A stretch of DNA of 64,000 nucleotides from assembly GCF_009914755.1 (NCBI RefSeq), contig NC_060943.1. One strand, written 5' to 3'. The stretch's first letter is position 1. Each line of letters begins with the position of its first letter. The position numbers and the translations under genes are program-made. Source of the stretch: the human T2T-CHM13v2.0 reference genome, Homo sapiens. Below are positions 12,946-24,470 of this stretch, in pieces. The notes beneath the pieces were generated by a model, which was given only the letters and a program-made list of their open reading frames with translations, was not told the origin of the DNA and ran no database searches.

Positions 12946-13559
12946 GCTCCCCCCGCCGCCCCGCCCCCCCGGCGCGCCGCCGTGACCTCAGCGCGACAGC
13001 CCCGCCGCGCCGCCATGATGGGGAGGTCCGGGGCGCCCCCCCCACCCCACCCCCCCCCCCTCGCCGCCCCGGGGGGGGTGGCCAGCGGGCGCGCCGCCAT
13101 GTTGGGAGTGGCCAAGCGGGTCACCCTTAAAGGGCCCGCACGGCCTGAGTCCAGGGAGAGGCCCCGTTACCATGACAACACCCTTGTCGTCCCACACCCC
13201 AATGGCTCCTTATCGTCCCACTGGTACTTCCAATGGTAGGCTCGCTAAAAGCACTAAAAGAGTGGGGAGGGTGCAGAGAAGTTCCCCCATGGGTCATTGA
13301 TGGGTCATTGATAGGTCATTGAAGACTCCACCCAGCCAATTTTTAGCCTTTTGTCCCCTGCCCCCCATCAGCTACCTTCCAACCACAAGCTCACTCCCTC
13401 CTTCCCAATCATCCACACTGGACTTCAGCACCTCCATGTCCCTAGAGTTGCCCTAGGTCTTCAGTCCTAAGTCACCTTCTCCACCCAGTTCCCAGGATCA
13501 CAGCTTCCAGGACTACCCCATCAGACACACATCATGGCCTGTTGTCTTGTCTTATCCAC

Positions 13560-14220
13560 CATGTATCCAGATATCTAACCACCTAGCTATCTCATCCACT
13601 TCCTCAATCTATCAATCACTCATCTACCTATCCAATGAACTAATCACCTATCCACCCACCCCTCCAACCACCTATTAATTCACCCAAACACCCACTCAAC
13701 CCACCCATTCACTTCCCATCTACCCACCCATTCATCCAGCACCCAAGTAAATACTCATTTATCCATACAACCAAGCAAGTACCCAACCATCCCCACACAC
13801 ATCTTTCCGCCCAGCCCCCCAAACATCCATCCACCAGTTTGTCTGTTGATTTGGTCCCTCCACTAACATGTAAGTTCCATGAGGCCAGGAGTCCTGTCTA
13901 GTTCATTATTGTTTCTCCACTGCCCAGTTCTCAGGCGTCTCAGGAGACCTCAACATATGTACATATGATATATATAATCACAACATTGAAAAAAATTTTT
14001 TCTTACTATGAACCAGGCCTTTTCTAGGCAGACATACCCAACCTGGTTAACCAACTACCCAGCTACTCACCTACCAGGTCAAACATCCAGCAAATGCTAA
14101 CCTATCCGTCTGCCGTTTGCTCCACCCACTCTACCCCTCACCCATCCACTCACCCATGATTTGAATGACTCATTTACCCAATCATTCATACACAGTATCC
14201 AACCATCTCCACACCTGACC
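13560..14220. repeat. Low-complexity CCCA/ATCC-rich tract between the RASAL3 3' end and the WIZ promoter
   Basis: Repeated ccaccc, catcc, ccattc. Confidence 0.6.
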
Positions 14221-14629
14221 CCCTTCCTTTATCCGCCTCCCAGACCCATGGCCTCCGTGACATGAGGAGGGCCTAGGAAGATGCTCTCACTGTGGGATTG
14301 GGAGGTTGCCAGGGGTGGAATCCATGCTTCATTGAGAAGCAGGTGCTGCCTATAACAATGGTGAATACCTTTTATCGAATGCCTTTAACTATGGGTCCTC
14401 TCACTGTGTAGGGAACTTTACGTCCATTTCACAGATAAGAAAACGGGCTCTTAAGAGAATGAAGGTCTAAGGTCACACAGCTGGTGAGAACTTGTGTACA
14501 TGGCCCTCTCCATGAGACTTCTAATTAGGGGAGAATTTGGGAGAGATGAATAGGGCTTGCGGGGCAAATGCCTAAGAATTGGCAATTCTTAGTGGGCAAA
14601 GAAACCACCAATTTCACTGAAATCAAGAT

Positions 14630-14635
14630 TTTACT
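14630..14635 (-). terminator. Likely RASAL3 polyadenylation signal, variant AGTAAA
   Basis: tttact on + strand ~150 nt after the stop; no AATAAA seen between it and the stop. Confidence 0.6.
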
Positions 14636-14782
14636 GGGCAACTTCATACTGCCAGAGTGGTTGGGACCAGCAGCTCCACTCCCCACTGTAGGCCAAGTAG
14701 GGCTAAGGCAAAGTCAGACACCCCCCCTAAGATGGCTATCTCTCTGCTCCCAGACCACGTGTGATGAGGCAGGATGGGCAGC

Positions 14783-14926
14783 TCAGGTGGTGTCTCCATT
14801 GAGGCAGGGTGCTTTGAGGGGCTGGGGTTGACTCCAAGACCCCCGCGTCCTTGGAGAAAGCTGCAGGCTCTGGACAGCATCCCTCAGCTGAGCCTGAGTT
14901 CTCTCCATCTCATTTAGGCGGTGCTC
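14783..14926 (-). CDS. RASAL3: RASAL3 exon 18 (EHRLNEMER...NGDTT*)
   Basis: cccag|GAG acceptor; TGA at 14785-14783. Confidence 0.93.
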   Translation of the reverse strand, partial: EHRLNEMERTQAQLRDAVQSLQLSPRTRGSWSQPQPLKAPCLNGDTT

Positions 14927-15032
14927 CTGGGGAGGCAGTGGTGATGGGGTTCAGAAACCAGGAGAGGGCTGCACCGCAACCCTTGCTCCTCCACCGCCCA
15001 GACCTGCCCCAGGGCTCAGATGGCAATCTCAC

Positions 15033-15096
15033 CAGGTTTTTCAGACTGTGCCCTTCATTGCTTGTTAGGTTGTGCTCTGAATCAAACTCTGAGCTC
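15033..15096 (-). CDS. RASAL3: RASAL3 exon 17
   Basis: cacag / gtgag; SSEFDSEHNLTSNEGHSLKNL; phase 2 to 0. Confidence 0.92.
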
Positions 15097-15644
15097 CTGT
15101 GGGGGTCGGGGGATTGGGGCGAAGGGCAGAGGCTAAGGAAGTCCCTTCCAGCTCCTGGTGGGAGTGCCAGGGACTCCGGGGGCGGAGCTTGGAGTGGAGG
15201 CGGAGCTTGTCCAGACTGAGGGGCGGGGCCTAAATATGCTTGAAGAAGGGTCGGACCAGAGACGGGAATGGTTGGAATGACAGGACCTATCAATCATCCC
15301 TTGGAGGTGGGGTTTGGCCAGTCCTGGGTGGGGTCGTGACTGAGCTGGAGGGAGTGCCCAGGCTGAGATATCTCAGTGCCCGGCCCAGCCAGGTTGGGAG
15401 GGGCTGATGGAGGGGTGGGGCCTGGATGAGAGAATCTGCCAGGGTCCTAGGCCGACCTTCGTTGGGTGGGTCCACCTGGGGGCGGGGCTTGCCAAGAGGC
15501 AGGGCCTGGACAGACTTATTGGGGCGGGGCCAGGGTGGGGCTTGGCCGTGCTAGGCGTGGTTTGGGGGGGGGGGGAGGGCCTGGTCAGATCTAATTGGAT
15601 CGGGCCCACCTGGGGGCGGAGCTAATGGAGAGGGCTGGGCTCAC

Positions 15645-15802
15645 CCAGCACGGAGCCTGGAGTCCAGATCCTGCAGCTGGCCCCGCAGCTGCTCCTGCTG
15701 CTCCGTCAAGGCCCGGATTTGGGTGCTCAGCGACTCCACGAGGCGGGACAGCACTTTCTGCTCCTCACGCAGAGCGGCCACCTCGCACTGCAGCTCTGCC
15801 AA
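15645..15802 (-). CDS. RASAL3: RASAL3 exon 16 (coiled coil LAELQCEVAALREEQK...)
   Basis: cacag / gtgag; phase 0 to 2. Confidence 0.92.
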
Positions 15803-16093
15803 CTGTGGTGGGAGAGCAGCTGTAATCTGACCCGTTGTCCCGCCCCTGTGTCTCCCCGGAGACCCTGACCTCCCAGGCCCAAGCGCTCAGCGTCATCACC
15901 GGCCTGCCTAGTTGGGGAACATCCCTCCTGCGGTACAGCTGGGGAGACTGAAGCTCAGAGAGGGTCGGGCTAGGCCTGGGGTCACACAGCACAGCGAGCT
16001 GGGTACTTGAACCCAGACTTGCCTGGCCCTTCAGTCTTCCCCAGTCGCGTCCCTGTTCCCACTCCCCAGGCGCGGACCTGGGCCTGACCTTAC

Positions 16094-16484
16094 CTTGTTC
16101 ACAGGTCGGTGCGTGCCCAGTGCCTGGTTTCGGTCTTGCGGCTGGTCCATTTGGCGCTGCCAGGGTACCGACGGCTTCCGAGGCAGCGAGGCGGAGTCCC
16201 GGGTCCAAGGCCGGGCGCGGGGCGCTGGTCCCATGCTCAGGGAGCCTTTGGGTCGCGGCCAGGGCCCCGCAGATTGGCGGCGGCGGGCAGGACGCCGGAC
16301 CGGGACACTCTGCGTGCGCTGCACCGGCCGGGGCCGCCGCAGGGGCCGCTCTTCGTCCGGCCGTGGCCGGGCCCAACTCTCTGAGCGGCGAACGCTGCGC
16401 AGAGACTGGCTCTTGGAGATGAGAGGGGTGTGCTTGGGGAGGTCCCGGGGGGCCAGGAAGCCGGGCTTCTCCCCTGCGGAGAGG
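16094..16484 (-). CDS. RASAL3: RASAL3 exon 15 (CpG-rich, Arg/Pro-rich linker)
   Basis: cccctag / gtaagg; 391 nt; phase 2 to 0. Confidence 0.92.
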
Positions 16485-16586
16485 CTAGGGGTGGGATGGA
16501 GGATCTTAGACCCTCCACTGGCCCCTGAGACGACCCCATCCCGACCTGACCAGAAGTGACCTCACCCCCCACGTGAACTTGTCCTT

Positions 16587-16882
16587 TCTTTTTTTTTTTT
16601 GAGACAAGGTCTTGCTCTGTCGCCCAGGCTGGAGTGCAGTGGCTAGATCATAGCTCACTGCAGCCTTGAATTCTGGAGCTCAAGCTATTCCCCAGCCTCA
16701 GCCTCCCAAATATCTAGGACTACCAGCACATGCCACTATACCCAGGTAATTTTTTTTTTTTTTGGTAGAGATGGGGTCTCCCTATGTTGCCCAGGCTTGT
16801 CTTAAGTTCCTGGCCTCAAGTGATCCTCCTGCCTCAGCCTCCCAAAGTGCTGGGATTACAGGCATGAGCCACTGAGCCTGGC
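16587..16882 (-). mobile_element. Alu (AluJ-like)
   Basis: Antisense dimer. Confidence 0.88.
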
Positions 16883-17135
16883 TCCTGTCCTTGACTTCTG
16901 ACTATAATACTGTCCTCTCTATGACCCTTGACATCTCTCCACCCTAACCTCTCCTCTCATCCCCGACCTCAAACACACTGTGACCTTTGACCCAACCCTT
17001 TCTATAACCTGTGATTCCCGTCTGACCCTGGGCTTGACCTCTGCTCACAATGATCCAACTTCACCTCTGACCCCTGTCTGAGCCCTGCTCCTTCCTGTTC
17101 CCACCCATCAGACCCCAGACCAGACTTGAGGTTAC

Positions 17136-17254
17136 CTGGAGTGGACCTGGGCCGGGGGCAGTGGGAGACGCATTGGCACTGACACAAGCACAGGCTGGCC
17201 CTCCTCAATGGCTCGCAGGATGGTGGGCAGTGGTTCCAGGGTGTCTCGGGTTGT
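17136..17254 (-). CDS. RASAL3: RASAL3 exon 14
   Basis: caccag / gtaacc; TTRDTLEPLPTIL... Confidence 0.92.
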
Positions 17255-17347
17255 CTGGTGAGGCATGCAGGACAGAGACTGAGCAAAGTCTCCAGGGTCA
17301 GAGTCTCCCAAGCCTTCTTGCCTCCCTACTCTGGGTTCAGGCCATAC

Positions 17348-17549
17348 CTGGTCAAGCTCAGCAAAAATTGTACAGAGCTGGGCATGCAGGACAGCTAACT
17401 GGAGGGCCAGATCACCACTGCCCTGGTAACCACTGGGGGCAGCATCCACATCCACCATGGCTACCTGGTCCAGGAAGCATTGCATGGCTGGTCCATGTTC
17501 CTCCAGGAAGCTATTCATGAAGCCCATGTAGGCCTCCTTCTCACCGAAC
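17348..17549 (-). CDS. RASAL3: RASAL3 exon 13 (FGEKEAYMGFMNSFL..., RasGAP C-terminal part)
   Basis: atccag / gtatgg; KE motif typical of RasGAPs. Confidence 0.93.
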
Positions 17550-17643
17550 CTGGATCAGGGCCAGGCTGGGTGGGTCAGGTCAGGCACCTGCCACCCCCAC
17601 ACTCCCAGCATGGTCCCCCCACCCCTAGCTTCCCAGCACCTAC

Positions 17644-17880
17644 GGGGCACGGTTGGCGAGGTTCTGGATGACCTTGGCAATCAGTGTGAGGGTGCGGGCT
17701 GGGCCGGGTGCTGGATGGTCTGGTGCCAAACCAAAGAGGCTGGGTGCCAGGATGGCAGGGCACAGGAGCCGCAGGAAGAGGGAGGCGCACACCAGTCGGG
17801 GGCCCAGCACCTCAGAGCCACGTTCTTTACATGCTTCTCGCCAGCTTGAGAACACGATGCCCAGCTCCGCAGGGAACCAG
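17644..17880 (-). CDS. RASAL3: RASAL3 exon 12 (RasGAP FLR motif [10 protein letters not shown])
   Basis: caccag / gtaggt; 237 nt. Confidence 0.94.
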
Positions 17881-18571
17881 CTGGTGCAGAAGAGGCAATG
17901 AATGGTCAGACGGGGAGGCTATGGGCATAAAGGTTAAAGTCATAAGGTTGGGAGTCCCAGAAGCACTGCATGATTGGTCCATGATCCTCCAGAGAGCTAT
18001 TCATGAAGCCCATGCAGGCTTCCTTCTCACTGAACCTGGGGTCTGGGCTCTAGGATTGGGAATATCTGAGATAACAATGCTTGGGGTTATGAATCAGCAT
18101 GGGGCCATGGCTTATGGTGTAGCTATGGCAATCGCTGGGGATAATACTCTTATAGTTGGGGATACAGGGTCACATGAAGACAGAGGTTATGAGCTTGGAT
18201 GTACTTATAATTAGACATGAGACTGGTGGGCCAGAGTACAAGATATAAAGTAGGATTGGGGCTCTGGAGGTCACCTAGGGTCAGAAGTCACTTGATTGAA
18301 GTCAGGGATTAGGTATGCAGGTTAACCTAGGGTCAGAGGTCAAGGGATTGGAATCCCAGGTCTCCTGTGATCAGTTGCATGGGATTTGAGGTGGAGGGTC
18401 ACTTAAAGCCAGGGATCATGGACTTGGGGCATCATCTGGTCATAGGATTGAGGTCCTATGTTAACTGGAGCCAGTGGCATGAAATTGGGGATATGGAATC
18501 AACTGTGGTTACAGGACAAGGAATTGGGTCTCAGGTTACTTGGGGTCAGTGGTGATAGGGTTGCATGGTGA

Positions 18572-19025
18572 TAGGGTTGCCAGATGCAGCAAACGAAACT
18601 TCAGGACATCCAGTTAAACATGAATTTCAGATAACGGAGTGATTTTTATTTATATTTTTACTTTTATTTGGGACAGGGTCTCTGTCAACCAGGCTGGGGT
18701 GCTGTGGCATGATCATAGCTCACTGCAGCCTTGAATCCTGCGCTCAAGCGATCCTCCAGCCTCGGCTGGGAATACAGGTGTGTGCCACCATGCCTAGCTC
18801 ATTTTTAAAAAGCTTTTTGGAGAGATGGAGTCTTGCTATGTTGCCCAGACTGGCCTTGAACTCCTGGGCTCAAGCAATCCTCTTGTCTCGGCCTCCTAAA
18901 GCATTGGGATTACGGGCGTGAGTCACCATGCCTGGTTCAAATGAGTAATTTTTTAGTATAAGCATGGTCCCAATTATTGCATCAAATTTAACTGAGTGTC
19001 TCCTGTATTTTATCTGGCCACCCTA
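18572..19025. mobile_element. MER53-like hAT MITE interrupted by an antisense Alu (~18645-18935)
   Basis: TIR-like tagggttgccagat ... atctggccacccta. Confidence 0.65.
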
Positions 19026-19090
19026 AACTGGAGGTCGGGGCTAGCATGGTAAGCAGGGGTGGGCTAAGCTGCTGGGGCCCTGATTCTCAC

Positions 19091-19235
19091 TCGTAGGAAT
19101 GGATAATGGTTTCGAAGACCTCCTCGCAGCTGTTCCGAAGTCTGGCCTGGTGCTCTGGCAGCTCCGAGGCTGGACATTTGCTGGGGTCCACTTCACAGTC
19201 CTCAGTAGAAGCACAGAGACGCCGCACAACCTGTC
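19091..19235 (-). CDS. RASAL3: RASAL3 exon 11
   Basis: ctgcag / gtgag; CEVDPSKC. Confidence 0.93.
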
Positions 19236-19488
19236 CTGCAGCCCAGCACAGCCAGATAGGGGCTGGGGCCATGACCACCAAAACCTGCCACACCCATCCT
19301 CCAACCTTGTCTTCAGGTTATTCCGGAGGCACCCAACATCTTGGGGAGCTCCCAATTGTCCCCAGGATCCTAGCACCCCCAAAACACCACTCACTACCAG
19401 AATCCAGGTTGCTCAAGGACTCTTAGAACTTCACCCAGGTCCCCTAGCTCACCAGCAGGCCGCTGACATGGACTCTCCCCCAGCTCAC

Positions 19489-19633
19489 CCAGGGTCTCCT
19501 GGAGGTAATCCTGTGCCACGAGCTTCATGTACTCATCGATAGCCTTGGTGGCCAATGTGTTTTCCCGGAACAGCAGCGCCTCACGGCCTCCACAGCGCGC
19601 CAGCTCCGCAGTGCCCAGGTCAGTCACCAGCGC
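19489..19633 (-). CDS. RASAL3: RASAL3 exon 10 (arginine-finger loop [11 protein letters not shown])
   Basis: ttcctag / gtgagc; FRxN motif. Confidence 0.94.
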
Positions 19634-19719
19634 CTAGGAAGGGCAGGAGGTCAGGTTGCACCAGATGCAGACAGAGTCCAAGGGAATTCGGATCCTTGGC
19701 TGGTCCCTCACACCAGAGG

Positions 19720-20200
19720 CACAGGCCCCGCCCCTTGTAGCTGATGCTTAGGCCCAGTCCTTACTGCTGGGGCTCATAACCGAGGCCGGAACCTCTAACC
19801 CTCACAGCAGAAATTTAAGCCTTTCAGCGCTGAGGTGCAACCTGGGCCCCGCCCCTCACGCGTGATGCTCAGGCCCCTGTCGCAGCTGAAGCTTAGGCTC
19901 CGCTCTTCAAGGTGTCCCGCCCCTTATGGGTGATAATTAGGCCCCGCCCCTCACAGCTGAAGCTCAGGCCCAGTCCTTCAAGGTGCCCCGCCCCTTACAG
20001 GTGCAGCTCAGCCCCAGCCCCTCACAGCTGACGCTCAGGTCCCGCCCTTCAAGGTGCCCCGCCCCTTACGGGTGATGTTCAGGCCCCGCCCTTCTAGGTG
20101 CCCCGCCCTTCTAGGTGCCCCGCCGCTTACAGGTGACACTTGGACCACGCCCCTCACACCCCTTCAAGGTGTCTCCCCCATTACAGGTGCAACTCAGGTC
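19720..20200. repeat. Degenerate GC-box/E-box minisatellite (~70-bp higher-order unit) in RASAL3 intron 9
   Basis: Units begin at 19871, 19939, 20010, 20081. Confidence 0.75.
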
Positions 20201-20278
20201 CTGCGCCCCAACTCCTGCCCGAAGCGCGTTATCGGTCTACCCCTGGTAGCCCCGGTCCGCGCTGTCGCGGTGCCGCAC

Positions 20279-20821
20279 CTGCGCCCGGCCGGTGGCCCGC
20301 AGCACGCGCACCATGGCTGCCGCCAGCTCCTCCTTGGCCTGCGCAGGCAGCGCGGGCTCCAGGGCCCCGCAGAGGCGCGCATAGTGGAAGGTGAGGAACT
20401 CCGCCAGCTCCTTGTAGCGCTCGGACGGCAGCACGCGCAGGCGACGCGCCCGAATCCGCGCCCGCAGCGCTGCGCCCGCCGGCGCCCCGAGCAGCGGGAA
20501 CCAGCGCTCCAGACCGGCGGCAGGCGCGCGTGGGGCGTCCAGCTCCTCCAGCGCCAGGGCCACGCGGCCCAGCACCGCGCTTCCCGGGCCCAAGCCGCGC
20601 AGCCGCAGCGACAGGCGACGTGCCGGTGGCAGCGCCTCGAAGTGGAAGCGCTCGGCCCAGAAGAGCTGGCCTGGGCCGGCCCGAGGCGCCGTGCGTGCCA
20701 GCAGCGCGCCATCCAGCCACAGCTCGGCGCGCACGCCGGGTGCCCCCGCCGCTGCTCGGGGAAGCCCCTTCGCTTCGTGCACCCACACGCTCAGCCATGT
20801 CTCTTCCCGCTCCACGTTGTC
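20279..20821 (-). CDS. RASAL3: RASAL3 exon 9 (C2 domain and start of RasGAP domain; intragenic CpG island)
   Basis: ctgcag / gtgcgg; 543 nt; within ORF 20237..20887. Confidence 0.94.
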
Positions 20822-21314
20822 CTGCAGATGGGAGTGGGATGGGGGGAAGCGTTTTGGTTTGTTGGCACCCCAAAGAAGGCACCGCAAGTGAAGCGTGGAG
20901 CCTCAAACCTGTTGCGTCGGGTCCCTAGGGAGATTGCTGGGCCTTTGGGGAAAGAAGTGGAGCCACGGGAGTCCGGAGGCGGTTACGCGGAAGTCTTCTA
21001 GCTTTTCTGGGCTCTCCGGGAGAGTTGGGGGCTCCAGGGCATACAAGAGTAGTACTGGAGTAAAGACTTCGCGATTGCCTGGCAGGCAGGGCTTTGGGTG
21101 CATATGGGGCCGGGAGTGGACAGAAGGGGCGGGTCTGATATTCCCGGGGCTGGTAATAGATGGAAGGGGAGTCTTGGAGCCGTTGCAACGATGCAGGCGG
21201 GGCAGGTGTGTTGGGGGCGCGGGTTATGGAGCGAGCTGGCTTTGGGTAGAGTGGAAGGGGCGGGCCAGGCCTGTGGGCGGGGTCTCCGTGTCCCGCTTTT
21301 CTGAGGGCAATGAC

Positions 21315-21413
21315 CTGGGTGGGCTGGAATTGGCGACGAAGGTCCTCGATCCAGCGGTCTCTCTCAGCGGCCGAGCGACAAGAGAAGCAGCGGCTTCCAC
21401 CCGTCCAGGTTAC
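21315..21413 (-). CDS. RASAL3: RASAL3 exon 8 (PH domain end, ERDRWIEDLRR)
   Basis: caacag / gtcatt; 99 nt. Confidence 0.9.
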
Positions 21414-21515
21414 CTGTTGGGATGGAGAATCCAACGGTGTGATCGAGGCCAAGGGTGAAGCCAAAGGGTGGGAGGTGGGACTGAGGTGGAATCGAGGTGG
21501 ACTGTCTACACTTAC

Positions 21516-21642
21516 CTGAAAGCAGTGGGGCTCCCCCAGGAGGCTGGGGTGCAGTGGCCAGATCCGCACATCCCGCTCGGCACCCAGGTCCAGTTCAGAG
21601 AGTGTGGCCAGCGACTCCCTAGAGCCCAGAGCACTGGGGGGT
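21516..21642 (-). CDS. RASAL3: RASAL3 exon 7 (PH domain)
   Basis: ttcccag / gtaagt; PLHPSLLGEPHCFQ. Confidence 0.92.
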
Positions 21643-21929
21643 CTGGGAAGGGGGTGGGTGAGCACACCGTCATTCCTGCCTCTTCCCCATCCCCCATAGC
21701 CTGAAGGGTAGAGGAAGGCCAGGAAGGACTTCAACCCAATTCGGATCCCGTTTCTCCCCCGTGCCCCGCCCACCCCCCCGCCATGGCACCTCCTTGCTTT
21801 TAGGATAAACTCAACTCCTGGTGACCTACATGACCAAGCTGGGTCCAGATGTTGTCACCTCATCTCCCTCCACCTAATCCATCACTTTCTGAGCTCCAGC
21901 CTCCCTGGCCTTGTTTTATTTTATCCTAT

Positions 21930-22823
<894 letters not shown>

Positions 22824-23202
22824 CCTCTTGGCCTTGTTTTAGTTGCTTCTTTCGGCCTCTTGGCCTTTGCACTTGTTGTTCCTTCTGCCTGGAATGCTTT
22901 TTCCACCCCCCTGTTGGCCTAGTTAACTTCCATCCACCCTTCAGATCTCAGCTCAAGGGTACCTTCCCTAACCCTCCCAGACCAGTTGATTGACTTAGCT
23001 CCCATTTTAGAGTTATTGTGTCAGACTTTGCCCCCACCCTGGCTCTGTGCTAGATCATTCAATGTCCCCAGCATCAACTGATGTGGGGCAGAACACAGAG
23101 GCCACAGGGGGTGTTTGGTATAGATTGGAATGATATGCAGGAGGTGGAGGAGGAGGGGCCAGTGTTGAACCCCAGCCCCTCCAGCCTCTCATACACCCTT
23201 AC

Positions 23203-23258
23203 CCATCCCGGGGCTCCAACCTGGCCTTTTTCTTCTCTTTCAGCCTCTTGAGCAACCC
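23203..23258 (-). CDS. RASAL3: RASAL3 exon 6 (GLLKRLKEKKKARLEPRD)
   Basis: cacag / gtaagg; 56 nt. Confidence 0.9.
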
Positions 23259-23427
23259 CTGTGGGGAAGGGAATGTCAGCTGGACAGAAATCTGTGCTCC
23301 TTCCTCAGCTCCTTCCCTCCCAAGACATCCCAGAGGATCTACTGGTCTTGGAGGACCAACACCAAGCTCAGGCTGTATTAGCAGGAATAATAAGAGCAAT
23401 CAGCAGCTCCTAATTCTTTGTTCATTT

Positions 23428-23858
23428 GTTTTTTTAAGACAGGGTCTCGTGCTGTCGCCCAGGCTGGAGTACAGTGGTGCGATCATGGCTCACTGCAGCC
23501 TCAAATTTCTGGGCTCAAGTGATCCTCTTGCCTCAGCTGGGACTACAGGTGAATGTTACCATGTAGAATTGGGGACTTGCTATGTTGCCCAGGCTGGTCT
23601 TGAACTCCTGGTCTCAAGCAATCCTTCTGCTTCAGCCTCCCAAAATGTTGGGATTACAGGTGTGAACCACTGTGCCTGGCCCAAACTCCCATTTGTAAAG
23701 CATCAATCATATATTCTCCTATACTATTCATTTATTTATTTAAGAGATGAAGTCTCCCCATGTTGCTTAGGCTGGTGTTGAACTCCTGGCCTCAAGCAGT
23801 GCTCTCTGCTCAGCCTCCCGAGTAGCTTGGACTATAGCTGCGCACTGCCCTGCCTGGC
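23428..23858 (-). mobile_element. Alu plus monomer fragment
   Basis: Direct reading. Confidence 0.8.
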
Positions 23859-24059
23859 TCCTGCACTCTCTATTGGCTTCCCATAAACAACCCCTAGAGA
23901 AAGGTTATTTCATTAGCTTCATTTGACAGACTGGGACTCTGAGGCCCAAAGAGGGTCAGCAACCTGCTCCAGATCACCCAGCAAGAGTGCCCTTTCAGCT
24001 TTGAGGGTCCGAGAGTCTTGGCTCTCCCCTCTACCTCCCACCTTCACTGGCTGCCTTAC

Positions 24060-24121
24060 CCGAACGTTGTGGACCTGGTTGGGACCAGCAGTCTCCGGTT
24101 CTGTTTTTCCAGGCATCCGAT
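24060..24121 (-). CDS. RASAL3: RASAL3 exon 5
   Basis: cacag / gtaagg; 62 nt. Confidence 0.9.
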
Positions 24122-24217
24122 CTGTGGGTCGTTATGGGTGGCAGGTTGGGGGGTTGGATTCTGCCCCACTTTTAGAGCCTCCCAAATGCCCCAGGCCTTT
24201 CCACCCCTCAAGCTTAC

Positions 24218-24296
24218 CTGGATCCCTGAAGTTCCCCATGGCCACGTGGATGCTGCCCTCGGAGCTAGCACTTCCCACCCGGGGCCTTCGAGGACC
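24218..24296 (-). CDS. RASAL3: RASAL3 exon 4
   Basis: acag / gtaagc; 79 nt. Confidence 0.9.
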
Positions 24297-24470
24297 CTGT
24301 TCTCCCGCAGGAGTGGGTAGTCAGAGAGGGGAGGCAGGCAGGCAGGCAGGCAGGCAGACCGAGGGAGAGGCAGACACCTTCCCATTATCCTCCCTCCAGC
24401 CCCTGCCTCTGTTCTGCCCTCCTCCTTTTTCTTTCTTCCCTCCTCCCCTTTCCCAGGTGCCCCCTCTCAC

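Larger units (their letters stand above)
12180..13170. promoter_or_regulatory. WIZ CpG-island promoter with GC boxes and two YY1-type CGCCATNWT motifs (~13011, ~13095)
   Basis: Very high GC and CpG density; many GGGCGG; cgccatgtt and cgccatgat. Confidence 0.85.

Noticed and set aside
12066-12985. Several 150-270-aa Pro/Gly/Arg ORFs in the WIZ CpG island (similar ones at 15765-16572 and 20054-21001)
   Set aside because: Expected from stop-codon depletion at very high GC and from antisense or shifted frames of real exons.
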